DNA of 59,684 nt, filler included, from Sluysia triapertura (lineage: Eukaryota), in assembly GCA_046118255.1 (NCBI GenBank). It is 5 parts of 5 records of this genome, joined end to end, with 100 filler letters (N's around TTAATTAATTAA, not from the genome) between each part and the next. Parts side by side here need not be neighbours in the genome. Positions count along the whole stretch, not along the records: positions 24,206 to 36,166 come from JBJNIA010152494.1; positions 36,267 to 47,461 come from JBJNIA010187578.1; 3 more parts are not named here. The stretch is one strand, 5' to 3'. Every line of letters starts with the position of its first letter. The stretch's first letter is position 1. Positions 26,106 through 40,305 of this stretch are shown here, one piece after another. The notes below the pieces were generated by a model. The model saw nothing but the letters and a program-made list of their open reading frames with translations, had not been told where the DNA came from and ran no database searches. A program made the translations under genes and the position numbers.

Positions 26106-26450
26106 ATTCAAGACGTGAGAACTGAATACGTTGTAAAAGATGTCGCTACGTATGCAAAGAAAGTCAAAGATGATCGTATTAGAAATAAATGCTTGATTGT
26201 AGTTTTATTTAACTACAATTTGAAATTATTTGAAATTATTTCACAATTATTTAGATATTTTTTGTAAAATGATATAAATGATTTTAAGCTTGAGATAATA
26301 ATAGAGTCTTTTACTGATAGCGTAATCTACGGTGTTGGACGTATTCAAAACGTGATAACTGAGTACAAAATCGAAATCGCATGGATCCTCGAAGAAATTC
26401 CAGGTCCGGTGAATCTGAAATCGCGGTTTGTCCGACTTTATCTGTGTGAG
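26094..26450 (+). repeat. Short direct repeat (26094 and 26331), possibly RTE-LINE C-terminal remnants
   Basis: ggtgttgaacgtattcaagacgtgagaactga versus ggtgttggacgtattcaaaacgtgataactga. Translation GVERIQDVRTEY...VATYAKKVKDDRIR. Confidence 0.35.
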
Positions 26451-26699
26451 AATTTGAATTTGAATTTTGTTTGCGTGTCAATAATGACTTTGTTTGTGTC
26501 TTATATCTTTAGTAACACAATTAAATTGTCTTATTTTTATTTAATTCGCCCTCTGAGTCATGTAGTAATTATTATTAAGTGCCTTAAGCACGAAATTATT
26601 AATAAAATTTTCAAATATATGAAAATTGAATATAATGATATATTTTGTAATTTTTATAAAATCTTCTCAATTTTTTACGACATAATCACTAAGTAATCA

Positions 26700-27050
26700 A
26701 AATAATAAACATTACACAACAAGATACAGAACACAAAAGTTTGATTTATGATCACCTATTATTATTTGCTACTCTACTTGATCTGTTTTTATTTAAATTA
26801 ATTCTCACGTTAAAATAACAATCACGATACATAAAAATAGTTTTAGTTTTTAGAATTCACTTCTAATGAAAAATGTTTAAGGCTCTTATTTTTAAATTTC
26901 AAAATTCAAACTCACTTCTAGATTCTCTTATTTCATAGAAGTCATCTCCTATTCAATTCATTATTCTGAATTTAATTCTCTAATTAAGAATTAATTAAAA
27001 TTTGATTTTGCTCAATATTAAGGCTGTTCTTACATCGAAAAACCTTTTTA
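26700..27050 (+). repeat. Repeat family B fragment
   Basis: Shares ttctcac.ttaaaataacaatcac, cttatttcata and taattaagaattaa with 35100-35600. Confidence 0.7.
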
Positions 27051-30000
27051 AAAAATACCGCATCAAATATTAAATAAATAAATAATTAAAATAAGTAAAT
27101 AAATAAATTGATCAAAAATAAGTTACGTAAATCATCGCAATTTTTTAATGCATAAAAATTGAAATATGTCTGACAACCAATGAAATTCGATTTTTCGATT
27201 TAGACAAAATAAAAATAAAACTTTTGGCAGGAAAAATAAAAAAATCTTAAAATGTTAAATTTAATAACAGGCTGGAAAACTAATTTACAGATGATAAAAG
27301 TTTCTACGATTTCCACTAATCTTACACACATTCTTAGTTTAGAAATATCAAAAATATTAAAAACCAATAGGTATTGCTCAGATTTCTTTTTAGTAACATG
27401 ACATCTTCTAAGTCTAATTACGCATCCTGTATGTATAAGAAGCAGTATCGTACTACCTCAAGCCAATTTGTTAATGGAAACTAAACATTTGAGCGTTGAT
27501 AGAAACCCCAATTCATTGAGCTTTTTTTACAGATTCTAAATAATGTCAGTGGATAACACACTATATAAATGCTAATCCTTGAATTGTTGAATAAATGCCA
27601 AAGACCAGTAATAAAAATGCTGAAAATGATGAAAATGCTGATTAACGACAATTAGTATTCTAATAATATGTTAAAACATAACCTTCATCATCATAATAAA
27701 TCAACCAATGAAGATTTTTGAAGCCTTTTAGTAAGTCGATTATTACTTGTCTTACCTTTTATGAATGAAAAACACGTTTATATTATAACTGGTTTAGTTG
27801 TTTATTATTTTCTTTTATTATTATTTTCTGAGGCCCATTAATGTGAAACTTTTAACGTTGCGCCTAAATTTAAATAAAGCTAATTTTAAACTTCAAAGAA
27901 TTCACATTTAGAATGGGAGTTGAAATAAACTTCGCCGATATATCATCCAGCACCAAATTTGAGTTGTTTTAAAATTTCAAAGGAAATATTTATATGTTTT
28001 TAATTTTGATTTTTGTGTAATTTTATGATGATATTTTCTAATTTATTTAATTTTAAAAGAAAGTATAAAACAGCAAACTCAATCATCCAGCTGTCGAAGA
28101 ACTATTTTCAAAATGGAAAGGACTTATCAAAAATTGACTTAATTGAAGCAACAAATAAGATAAGTAAAAGCGATTGCGTTGGATATTTTAAAATATGCTG
28201 TTAAAGAAATACAAAAAGAGGAGCTATAATTACGAGAAAAATAAACAGTTTTGATATTTTTTTATTCAAATTCAGTTTATTTTATATTATGTTCTCTTAA
28301 TTTATCTTTGGTTATTTTATTGTTTTATTTTTTGAATTTAATATTAATATTAAGAATGAATCATTTAAGTTTCAGTGAATTATTATAAGTTTTATCTATT
28401 TTTATATTTAAAAATGCATTGTTTATATTAATGTAAATAAATTATGATTTTTAAACTATTATTAAGCTGAAATTGTTTTGACTGATAATATTAATTTTAT
28501 AAAATCCATTTATTTTTAGATTTATTAAAAATGTTAAATAAAAATATGATATATGTTTAATAAATTTTAAATCATATACTATATGTTCAATTAAATGTAT
28601 ATATGTGGCAATATTAAACCAAAATGTGTTACAAAAATATGAGGGTAATCAAGAAACAGTACAATAAAATATAGTTTATTGTAAATTATTCATTTTTGAG
28701 TTCAAACTTAAATATTAACAATTAAATTGAAAAAGCTACTAATTACTTGTGAAGTATACGTTGAACAATTTAAAACTATACAGTTTTATATTTCGTAATC
28801 ATTATTAAAAATAAAATTATATTGTGCATTGAAACATTGAAATAACCACAACGATCTCCTTTATAATTCAAAACTATCGAAATCAAAAAATATTAAGAAA
28901 CACCTTCAAATAAGATTTTAGTTGTTGAAAATTAGTAAATAAACCTTAATAAGCTTCCAAAAAACGGAGGAAAAGGAAATAATAACAAACACAAACAAAA
29001 AATCAACTAGCAAAGCAGATAAAGTACATAATTAACTATAGTGGAAATCTTATGTGTTGAAAATTCTGAATAAACATCAAAAATTTAAATGGAAACATAC
29101 ATTTGTATGCGTATTTATAAAATTAATTACTCCACCGTCATTAATATGTTGTCAAGAGTTAAGTTAGCATTTTAACCTGTAAAAGGTCCTTAATTGTGAC
29201 ATGAATTCAAAATTAATTTTGATTAATAAAATTTAGTTTACTGTTTGTAGTGATATTTATTTCGAGAAAGGATAGGTAACTTGGGTTTATAAAATAAATA
29301 TAGCACTTCTATTTCTGTTAATTAAGAGACGAATCAAAAATACTTACGATAATTTATAATTGAAAATATCGAGTCGGAACACTGGTCTAAATTAAAATAA
29401 AGTGAGTAATGATAAAATAACGACAATTATCAATAAAACTTCCGGTATAAATATGGAATAGAGCTATAAGTAAATAAAATCTTAATTTTTTAATACAAGA
29501 AAGGAAATTATATACTATTTACTAGCTAGACAGTAATACTTAATTTATAACACATTATTAACTTTCGCTATATTAATTTAAATTTTACAGTTTTAGTGAG
29601 GAAGTTATTTTTATTGTAAAGTTATTTATGATATTTATGATAAAACATTAACAAGATTTTACTTTTTAGGTTTTTAAAACAGATTGTAAAAATTTTAACA
29701 TATTTTAAACATAGTTCTAACAAAAAAATTATTAAACAATTTACCGTATATTTTATTAGGATAAAGAACTAAAAAAGAAATATAATATAAAACATGTACA
29801 CTTATGTCCATTTATTGAACTAAACATTCATAATTTGATTATCGTGTATTTTCTGGTCTATACTTTTCAACAATAACAGGAGCAGTAGATCATATTTTGG
29901 TTTCTTATTTAATGTTTCTTCATGTTCTATTCGAGCATCATGAGAACTAAACCCTTTTACTTCAAGTTCAGGAGTACACTTAGTACAACTAGAATGAGGT

Positions 30001-32109
30001 CGTTTAATTGGTGACAGTGATTGGAAATTTGAACATTGTTGTTCAAGCTTAATTTTATTGAATATAAGTGAAATTATTACAGTAATAATGCAGATATAAT
30101 TGAGCATTTAGTAAATTGCCATTCAAAATATAAATATAATTATCGATTTTTATTTTAGGCTGTTCCAGTTATTAATTAATATTAATTTTAATAAATTTGT
30201 ATTTTATAATTACGGATAGAAACGTCAATATATGAAACATTTTTCGCTTTTTCTTCAAATTTAATAAACTCTTCTTTCATTTTAGCAACACATTTTTAAT
30301 TGCATGTTGATGTATGTAAACAGTCGTTGAATCGAATATTTTTTTACTGTACGATCTTTCATCTAGTTTTAATTTTTGCTTTAACAAAAGATTCTCAGAA
30401 GCTTTATTTAATATGTTACTAATTTCATCATTTGTCATTCTTAAATTCGGTATTACTTTATAAACTTCGTAAGATTTTTCAAATTATAAGTTTGAATTTG
30501 ATTCAATAAAGTAATGTTAAGCTTTGATTAACAATAGACAATAATTTTAAATCATTAATTAAATACATTCTTGAACTTTCAGAATTTTTATAGGTGTTGT
30601 TAAATGTTCTAGCTGAATTTAGTTTGATGATTTGAAATTAATTCGATGTTTAAAAGTATGAAAATCTTCATTTAGATCAAATTTCCAATGAAGTTCATAT
30701 AGTTTTTTCTTCTAGATTTTAAAATTCAATATTTTGAACTCTTTTATTAGATATTGGAATAATAAGTTCCTCAATTGGTTCATAAATATCATCTGTATTA
30801 ATAAGAGAATCGGTCTGAAAATAATCATTCATACCTTCCGCATCAGGATGGTCAAATAAAGTTTCATTATGATCATCAGATATTGAAAGATTGCTACTGA
30901 TAGTATATTGATTTAAATTTTCTACAGCATTATGACAGAATAATGTGGTCTTCCGTAATTACTGATAAGACATGAAGAGTACATTTTTTGTTTTTAATTT
31001 TACTGCTTCTGCTGGGTCTTATTTTACATGTTAAAAATTGTTTTAAAGTTTCGTTTGAAAAACTTCATTTGGGAATGGAATATTTATCAATTTTTTAACA
31101 CAATTAATAATAGGTAATATTAGTAATTCAGAACGATCTATGATTCATGCAGAGTGAATTATTTCACTCCATTTATTACTAATTTTTTAACAAATTATTT
31201 TTTGGAAGTTCCCCGTTTTATTTTTTGTTAAGCCACCCTTGGTTTATTAGAATACTGCTTAATATGTTTTGTATTATTTTGGTTGTTCTTGAATATTTCA
31301 CCTGTATTAGTAATAATTCAATATAATAAAAAAATAAAAAAATAAATCCAATATACTGAAGGTTTATTTATACAAAAATTTATTAATAATAAAAATACCA
31401 AAATTTTGCTTGTAACTAGATATAACTAGTTATTTATGAATAGGAATTTTAAATATTGAATTTACTTTGAACCCTTATATGGTTCAATAAAAACTAAGGA
31501 GTTTAATTAAAAAGTTACGTAAGATAAAAATCTTTATCGACTCCTAAAAGAAATTAGACTAACGTGACTGTGTAAAAATTTTTATAGAATCGGAGAATAA
31601 ATTATAAATTATACAAATTTCTTCTTCCAAATTGTGTATCAAAGATTTACAAAAATTTATATTATAAAAGTGTGCTTTAATTGTGAGAGCTTTATTAAAA
31701 ATCAGTTTATTATATATTGTTTTAGCCTGACCTTGAGAGGTCAGGTTAAAACAAATTGAAAAGTTTAAAAAAAAATTAAAAATTAAATAATTTCTCTACA
31801 GTCACGTTAAAATATTATAAAATTTAACATAAATAATATTTAAAATTATAAATAATATTTAAATTATAAAATTTAACAACATACTTTTTATAACAATCCA
31901 ATTTTTACAAAAATCCAATAAAAGTTTTAATCAAATAAAAATCCAATCAAATATAAATAAATAAATAAATTATATACAAATATATTTAAAATTTTAGGTT
32001 TATGCATGAATCATTTTATTAATAATGTGTCAATGAATTAGTTCAAATGAATAAGTCATTGATCTATTAATGTATGTTCTAAGTTCAAATTAATAAGTCA
32101 TTGATGTAT

Positions 32110-32388
32110 TGATGTATGTTCTTCGCAAATGGTATCTTTATACTTCAAGACATCTTTCCAAACCCTACTTAAGTCTTCATAAGGGTCTCAATACCCTTCA
32201 AGGGTCTTTGGAACTCCAAGGTGTTCTTCAGTTTCAAAACGATTATAAACATTTTACTGTTCATTATTCTTGCTCTATGAATATTATATTATCATATTTC
32301 ACATATTCTATATCACTTTTCGTTAAATATATTTTAAATTCTTTTTCACGTTTATCTACTTTCTTACACTAATTGGACACTCCCAACA
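32110..32388 (+). repeat. Repeat family B terminal segment ending CCCAACA
   Basis: Homologous to the reverse complement of 45420-45680 and partly to 35880-36040. Confidence 0.75.
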
Positions 32389-33672
32389 GGAAATAATATA
32401 AAATTTTAATATATTTAATATATATTTTTAAATTATAATATATATGCACTCAAGGGCCGATGCATAGATGTCAGCGATTAAATAAATGGAAGTACTGGAG
32501 GTTAAAGAAAATGTTTTGGACAGCTTTTGATTATTCTTTCGCTAAGTTTCGCGAGTTTATTTTGTATTTGATCTGAAAAGATCTACAACCTACAAATGAG
32601 AATTATTATAAAAATAATCAACAATTTTTTCTTATGCGAAAAATATTTTTTAAATATTTGTAGCTATGTTATTTGGGTTTAATTTCATGATGAAAGAAGC
32701 GTATTACTACTGATCAAATGTAAAATAAGAAAATTCGTTAATGTATATTAAAGTTTTAAACAAAATTAATAATATACAGGTATTAGAGTGTATTTTGTAG
32801 TTTATAATTTATATTCTTGTATAATTTGTATAATATTTCTTTTTATCTAGGAATAATTATTTTTTATTATAATAAATTTTAAGTAAAATAAATTTTAATT
32901 TAAAATAAAAATTAACTTTTAAAATATAAATCTTAAAATTTCAAAAATTTCAAACATTACTTTATTAAAATTTTAAAATGTGGATTTTAATATTTTAATA
33001 TTTAATACTTACTTTAAATAAAATAAAATTTAAAAAATAAATTAAAAATAAAATTTTTTTTATTTTCTTTAAATAAATCAATTTAATAAATAGATGACAT
33101 CTTCCAGTATGTAGTAAGTTTTATATAAATAGGTAAAATTTTTATAATAATAATATATTAATTTATATTGCGCTCATATCTACCGCGAAAGTACTTAAAA
33201 GGTAAATCACCATAATATTTCTGAAACAGAAAGAACAGAAAAGTTTTTCAAAAAATGTTTTAGAAGATAGCAATTTTATTCCATGCTTTTCAAGTAATTT
33301 TTATTGTTAGGATTTGCCTATTCACCTTAAGAATGGAATAGTAAAATAGAATTAAATTCATTTTTATTTTCAAGTAACACCTTAATACATGTTGAGTAAC
33401 TTATTTTTAAAATCTTTAAAAACTTCCAACCGAGGTTGAGCTAGTTAATAAGCTCATTATTGATATTATAGTTTTGTAAAAAAAACTTCGTAAGAATTTT
33501 AATTAGTTTTTCTTTGTTGATAATATACTTTAAGAGTGTTCGACTGTTCTCAATCGATAGTGTAATTTCAATAAAATTATAAAATCATTTTTGTTAGCAA
33601 CACTTTAATATGGGTTGCGTAATCTTATAAAATATTATTATATCTTTCAAAGCAACACCTTAACACGGATTG

Positions 33673-33831
33673 TGTTGGGGTAAAAGGCCTAAAAAGTGCC
33701 AAGTAGTATAATTGAATATATTGAAAATGAAATTGTTAGAAGGGGCTGATAGCTCAGTGGTAGAGCATTCGAACTGCGCAGCGATGGTCCCGGATTCGAT
33801 CCTCGGTCAGTCCATTTTACGAAGTCTAACA
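33673..33831 (+). mobile_element. tRNA-containing solo mini-LTR, TSD ATTG
   Basis: TGTTGGGG...GTCTAACA with attg on both sides. The tRNA-like unit spans 33743-33814 with box A TAGCTCAGTGG and box B GATTCGATCC. Confidence 0.92.
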
Positions 33832-35029
33832 ATTGCGTAATTATAAAAACTATAATTTTAATTGAACAACACCTCGTAAAGGGTTACAAGCGATTAATCA
33901 TTATCATATAAGCCGTAAGTCATAGGTAAAAAGTTTTTCTAAAGTTATTAAGTTAAGTTATAAAAAAATCCGAATAGTACGTCTCCAATAATGGTATAAA
34001 CCGTATATATTAGGCGAACGGACTCATCGCAAGTAGGTTAAGTTTTTTTAAGAAAAACATTCGCACAGGTAAATAATTTTGTAAAATAGTAGTATATTAA
34101 AATATTAAACGAAATCAATAATTATGCAAATTAGTAATTGTCGACTAAAAATTTTATGAGATAATGATTATTGATAGCAATAAAAATATGGGATAAAAAG
34201 TAAACTAAATAATTAAAAGCAAAATTTATACGACAATATTTCTATATATAGATCAATCAAATAAATAATCAAAACGTAAATAACAGCTGAAAAGTAAAAT
34301 AAAATTTATATTAATAATATTATTTAACAATAATATTTTTTGTAACTGTGTTTAATAAGGTTTATGTACGTAATTAAATTAACTTTTGCTATAGTTTTAT
34401 CAAATTTTTCGTAATATATTAATAAAATATTAAAATAAACTTAACTTTTAAATACTAACGATTATTGTTTTTCCTTTTTAAATAATGGAATTATTCAACA
34501 AATAAACGTAATAAATTAAATTTCTTGAACAAATTTCTTAAATTTCTTAAGCAAAGAATTTTTCAAAAATTTAAAAATTACAAAATAGTTATTATTGTTA
34601 TTCACTATTTACATATAAATTCACAATAATATCATCAGACCATTGATCATTGAAATGATGCTTGTGACTAATAGTACATAAAATAACAATATGATTAAAT
34701 AATATGAATAATATTTTGTGTACTAGATGATAACTCTAATAATAATATTTTTAATAATTATAATATCAATGAATGTTTCATTTAATAATAATAATATTTA
34801 ATAATAGTAATAATAATAATATTTCATTTAATAACAATTTTCATTTTTATTGCATAATTTACAAAATTATATTATTATAAAATTATATTATAAATTATAT
34901 TATTATAAAATTATATTATAAATTATATTATTATAAAATAGACTATCAAAATATTAAACTCAATAAAATATACATTATTACATTCTTACAATATTTTGTG
35001 AATTAAACCGACAATAATAATTTTTAAAA

Positions 35030-36040
35030 TTAAATGGTACGGCTTGTCAGAATTTGTTAGGTATAGAACACTAAAAATTGATTAATGATCAGCCATTATT
35101 TTTCTTTTCTCTACTCGATTTATTTTTACTTAAATTATTTCTCACATTAAAATAACAATCACAATATTGTAAATACACATTAAAATAATAAATTTAATTT
35201 TAGTGTTGGAATGTTGGCCTAATGTGCCACTTAGTATGGTTGACTATTATTGTAGTTTTAGGTTTATTATTTAAGAAATTTAAATTATTGCTATCTCTTT
35301 TGTTGTTTATATTATTACTAGGAGTTTTATTTATATAAAGTCTATAGTTATGACAATATCTGTGCCAAAGGCACTCGAAAATTTCTTCATGAAGGAAAGC
35401 TTTTAATATTCTCAAATAAACAATTATACAAATTATAAAATTATAAATTTAAAATTATAAATTCCTTATTTCATAACAATCATCTCATATTCCTTTCATT
35501 ATATTTTCATCATTCTAAGTAAGAAAATTCAATGTTCCATAATTAAGAATTAATAAAATTTGGACCTGATCAATATTGTGGCTTTTCTCACATTAACTCA
35601 TTCAAACTATATCTTCATCGAAAGATCTTTTTAAAACAAATACATACACACATATTTAGCAAGTCTTTCCTCATTCAAACTTTGATTAATTAATTTATTT
35701 TTAGACTTAATTACTTTGTGCGGGAAAGTTCTAAAATTATTTAGTGCTTTATAAAACACTAGGGAGTTTTAGATGCTTTCACGTTGACCACTTTGATTCC
35801 TTTTATACTTCTTCACATCAAATTTATCTTCGTATCAAATTTATCTTTATTATTAGTAACAATACTCAATTTCTCAAACGTTTTAAAGATTTCAAAGGTC
35901 TCCAAGACTTATCAAGGTTTCAAGATTACTTAAGTTCCTAAATGATCTCAAGGTTTACAATTTCAAAGATATTTTAATGCTTCTAAATGTTTTCAAACTC
36001 ATCTCAGACCCTGTAAATGTCTTTGGAACTCCAAGGTATT
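35030..36040 (+). repeat. Repeat family B, long copy, containing the 5' arm of the mini-LTR at 35204-35250
   Basis: Collinear with the reverse complement of 45580-46520. The segment tgttggaatgttggcctaatgtgccacttagtatggttgactat matches the mini-LTR start. Confidence 0.7.
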
Positions 36041-36166
36041 ATATATATATGTGAGAGTATGAGAGTATGCTGCAATGGATGAAGTTGTGTATGCTGCAAT
36101 GGATAATAATTTGTAATAATTTGTGATAAAGCTGTATTAGATAATAATTTGTAATAATTATGATTA

Positions 36167-36266
36167 NNNNNNNNNNNNNNNNNNNNNNNNNNNNNNNNNN
36201 NNNNNNNNNNTTAATTAATTAANNNNNNNNNNNNNNNNNNNNNNNNNNNNNNNNNNNNNNNNNNNN
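36167..36266. other. Assembly linker
   Basis: N44-TTAATTAATTAA-N44. Confidence 0.97.
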
Positions 36267-39200
36267 TATTAAAATCCATTAACTTAAATTTTCAATTTTC
36301 TATATTAATAAGAAAATTACATATCAAGAGCTCTTTTTGAAAGTATTATAACTTAACTAGAACCTCCATATACTTTGTTAAAAGAATCTTTTGATAGAAA
36401 ATCCAACGGCTGGACCTAACCGGTAAGCCCAATACGTTGAACTCACTTTAAGCTAGGCGTTTTATTCTATTCTATTCTTCCTTACTTACCTAACGATTTT
36501 AAATATGTGACTCAATTAGCCAAAGATATGCGTCCTTTATTGACATTAACAGAAGTGAGAAACATTAATGTAGCAGAGGAGGATCTCTGTGATTTTCTAT
36601 TTGAATACGATAGTATCACTGAAGCATGCAAAAAAATTAAGAGAATCCAAAATTTTTTGACTGGAGAGGCGATCCAGACATACAAAGAAATAGGTAATAA
36701 TGATAATCAATCTTGGAATGCATTTGTAAATGCTCTCACCGATGAAATAGCACTCAACGACATGGGAAAATGTTAAATGTTAAAGCCAAACGAATCTGTA
36801 TATGAATTCGCTTGTGCTCTTAAGACTTATTGCCAGGGCAAAAGTTCCTGAAGATAAAATAGAATCAATATTATTAGATAAACTAAAAACTGGTCTGCGT
36901 CCAGAATTAAGGACATATATTACATTAATGGAAGGCAAACATTTTAAAGAAATAATTAAAAAACTAATAAACATAGAGAGACCTCATTTTGATAAGGATA
37001 ATGATAAATTTAAAAGGGATAAAAGCCCAAAATTTATAAGGAATAAAGATAATTTTGATGATAGATATGTTAATAAAGCTAATAATACCAAATTATGATG
37101 GATATAATAATAATAGAAATAACAATTACAATAGATTTAATTGCCAATGTAGGAGCACTTCAAATAGTTATAGGGATAATCCAAATAATTATAATTCAAA
37201 TTAAAGAGGAAATAATAATAAAGGTAGAGGATTTCAGAATAATAGAACAAGTAATTATGGTGCAGTCAACTATGAACAAAGACCAACACGAGATAGCCAC
37301 CTAGTCTAATTTCAATAATCAAAACAGTTATAGGAATAGAAGTAAAAGCCCAATGAAATACGAAAATAATAAAACAAAAACTAATCTAGATGGAGAAATA
37401 ATTTGTGATAACTGTGGCAAATATGGATACTATGTTGGAAATTATAGAAAATTAAAACAAAAATATCAAAGTCTTAATAGGAAAGTAAGATTTAATGATA
37501 TTACAAATAAATTGTAATTACATAAAATAGATTACAATAGCAAAAATAAATATGAAGATGAATATCAGTATGAAGAGAAAAGGAATAAGAAAATTAAGAA
37601 GAGAAATGAGCAGTGTTGAAGATGATAAATATCTCAAATTAATAACCGATGAAGAAAAGAATTTATGCTTTGAAATTTCTATATTAGAGGATTAGACTGA
37701 GACAAAACTTATTCAAAAACAAACGAGAAAGAAATGTTTATGAGTTATATGCACGAGATATTTGAATTTCAAGAAGGGAACGAGAAAAAGAAAATAGATT
37801 AACTATCCAATCAATTCAAGATAGAATTCGAGAAATATTAAACCGAAAAATGGAAGAAAGAATTGAACAAATAAAGCAAATAAATGAGGTAATTACGAAT
37901 AAAGACGATAATAAAAGAATCCAATACTTGACAAATTGGAAAGTAAACCCAAGGAAAGCCATTAAGAAAATTAATAAAGAAATATATTCAAAATCAAAAG
38001 AAAGTAATGATGAAGTAAAATCAAATAGAGAATATATTAATACAGAAGAAATGAAAGACGAATCAAATAAACAAGAGTTGAATGAAGAAATAAGTTTAAA
38101 TGATGATTAAGAAGTAGAAACTGATATCGAAATTGTTAATAAAGAAACCAATGATGAAGAATTATAAGCAGAAGAAATGGATATAGATGTAGAATAAACG
38201 TATTATAGTGCCACAGAAGAAATGGAATCGATAATAGTAGATCAACTAACGAAAAAATGGATACCCCAGAAATGAAAATCAAAGATTTTGATCAACAAGT
38301 GCCACAAATTATTGAATTCAGAATTAAGTATACAAAATGGATGTGATGCTAAATTAATATTAGCTATTTTAAGTAAAGAGAGTTTATATAAGATTAAGGC
38401 AAGAAAATTATTAAGAAAAATAGACAAAAGAGAGAAAATAATCATAAATATTTAATGAAAATAAGTATAATTATTAACAATGCCTTAAATATTACGATGG
38501 AACTTTCTGTAATTTCAACTGTAAAAGATATTATAAAACTATTTAAGTCGAATGACTACTATAACTGATGTTGATTTATATTTGTATGATAGAAAATTAA
38601 TACCCAATGATTTTATAAAGGATTACGGCTATCCATCTGTGATGATGATAAAAACTATACAGATAACTATACATAACATTAATATGTGATGTGTGTGCTT
38701 CATTATTTTGAACAATTTAAAATAAATAATTCATCATAATTTATGTGAACAATTTTTATCATTGTAGTTTTATGTGAATTAATGATTAGTTTGCGGAATT
38801 TAATGTAAGATCTTTTTATTTTTATTTTTATTAATTTTATTAAAAATTATAAATCTATAATTAAATCTAACGTCACTAACACATTAAAACATGTATATAT
38901 AAAGGTTCAAATTTTTAAAACAACTCGCAATAAAATTTTTAAAAATCTTTAAAAGGAAAACAAGATTTTTGGCCAGACACGCGAAGATTTCGTACAAACT
39001 TTAATTAGACTTTAATTGGATCAAACCAGATTATAAAGACAGTCCTACAAAAATATTTTATTGAGTGACGATAGTTTGATAATTTATAATATTTGATATA
39101 AATTTTATATCATACGAAAAATAAACTTAAAACCTGTCATAAACTTAAATTAAGCTTAATGAACTTACAATAGTTAATTAAAGTAACTTTTGATCATTAT

Positions 39201-39597
39201 TATTAACTGTATTTGTATAATTTTTACATTTTTTGTATAGAATAAAGAAATTTTTCGTATTACGATCATTTCAACTTAAATAGTTATAAAATCTATTAAA
39301 AACCCATTATCTGTTTTCAAAAATCTAGAATTTAATTCTTTAACGTAAATTTTCATTCATCGATTCCATGTAAGGGAATCATTCGTAAAATATATAACTA
39401 AACTCGAATTATTTAATAACTCAAATTAAAATCCTTAAAATATCTACCTTCAGACAAGAGACTTACCGAAAACCTAATTTTTTCTTTTGCACTAATTTTA
39501 TAAAAATCCAACGGCTGGCCCTAGCAGGTTAATCCGGTACGTTGGTGGATTCACATACTCAACTTCTTTTATTCTATTTGCTTCTCACTTTTCCCAC
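36267..39597 (+). mobile_element. Decayed Gypsy-like LTR retrotransposon: LTR, gag, low-complexity remnant, LTR
   Basis: Family C LTR cores near 36399 and 39505. Gag-like frames 36507-37500 read DLCDFLFEYDSI, FLTGEAIQTY, SWNAFVNAL and LKTGLRPELR, with a degenerate knuckle ICDNCGKYGY at 37401. No pol was seen. Confidence 0.7.
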
Positions 39598-40234
39598 AAT
39601 ACCATCATCCATAATAACATAATCTTTAGAATCAATTTATTTTCCGGCAATAATAGTTAGAATAATGTAAAATTTTTATTTGTAACATTTTCGTATCAGT
39701 ACAATTTTATTCAAATTTACGTGTAATGACGCATAACCAATTATGGGGTCACCAACGCATATTTAATTCTCTGACTAATTGAGGCATTGTAAAAATTATA
39801 AGTAAATACAGCAAAAGTGGCTTCCAATTTACACTAAATTCTATTGGTTAATATAGTACACTAAAAAGATTTTAATTTTATCTTGATATTCGACAGTCAT
39901 AAACTTTATACTTACATTTTGTTAGTTTCGAATTATGTTTTGGGCAAATTCTATAAAATTATTTAGCATTTTCAATTAATGTCAGCACTGCTTCACTCAC
40001 ATACTTATATTATTTGATTTAACTGTTACTGTTCTTACTAATACTGAAATAGCAATAACCAATTTAAAATATATTTGTAACCATCATTAGCTTATAAGAA
40101 CTGTGTTTCACAATAACAAAATCATTTTTATTGTGTTTTGCAATAAAAACTTATATAATTATTTTATAGATTTTTATGAAAAACTATTTTATATTATTTT
40201 TATGATTTCTTACTACAAAAGACTAAATTATTAA

Positions 40235-40305
40235 CACATTATGAGCGGGTATTCTTAAGTACAGTCCATAAAACGGGTAATAATACCCGCCCCGCTCATA
40301 ATGTG
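40235..40305. mobile_element. 71-bp piggyBac-type MITE
   Basis: Perfect 15-bp TIRs CACATTATGAGCGGG / CCCGCTCATAATGTG with TTAA on both sides. Confidence 0.85.

Noticed and set aside
33743-33814. Functional tRNA-Ala or tRNA-Cys gene (also 16297-16368)
   Set aside because: The anticodon stem does not pair, the copies are diverged, and all sit inside a TSD-flanked repeat.
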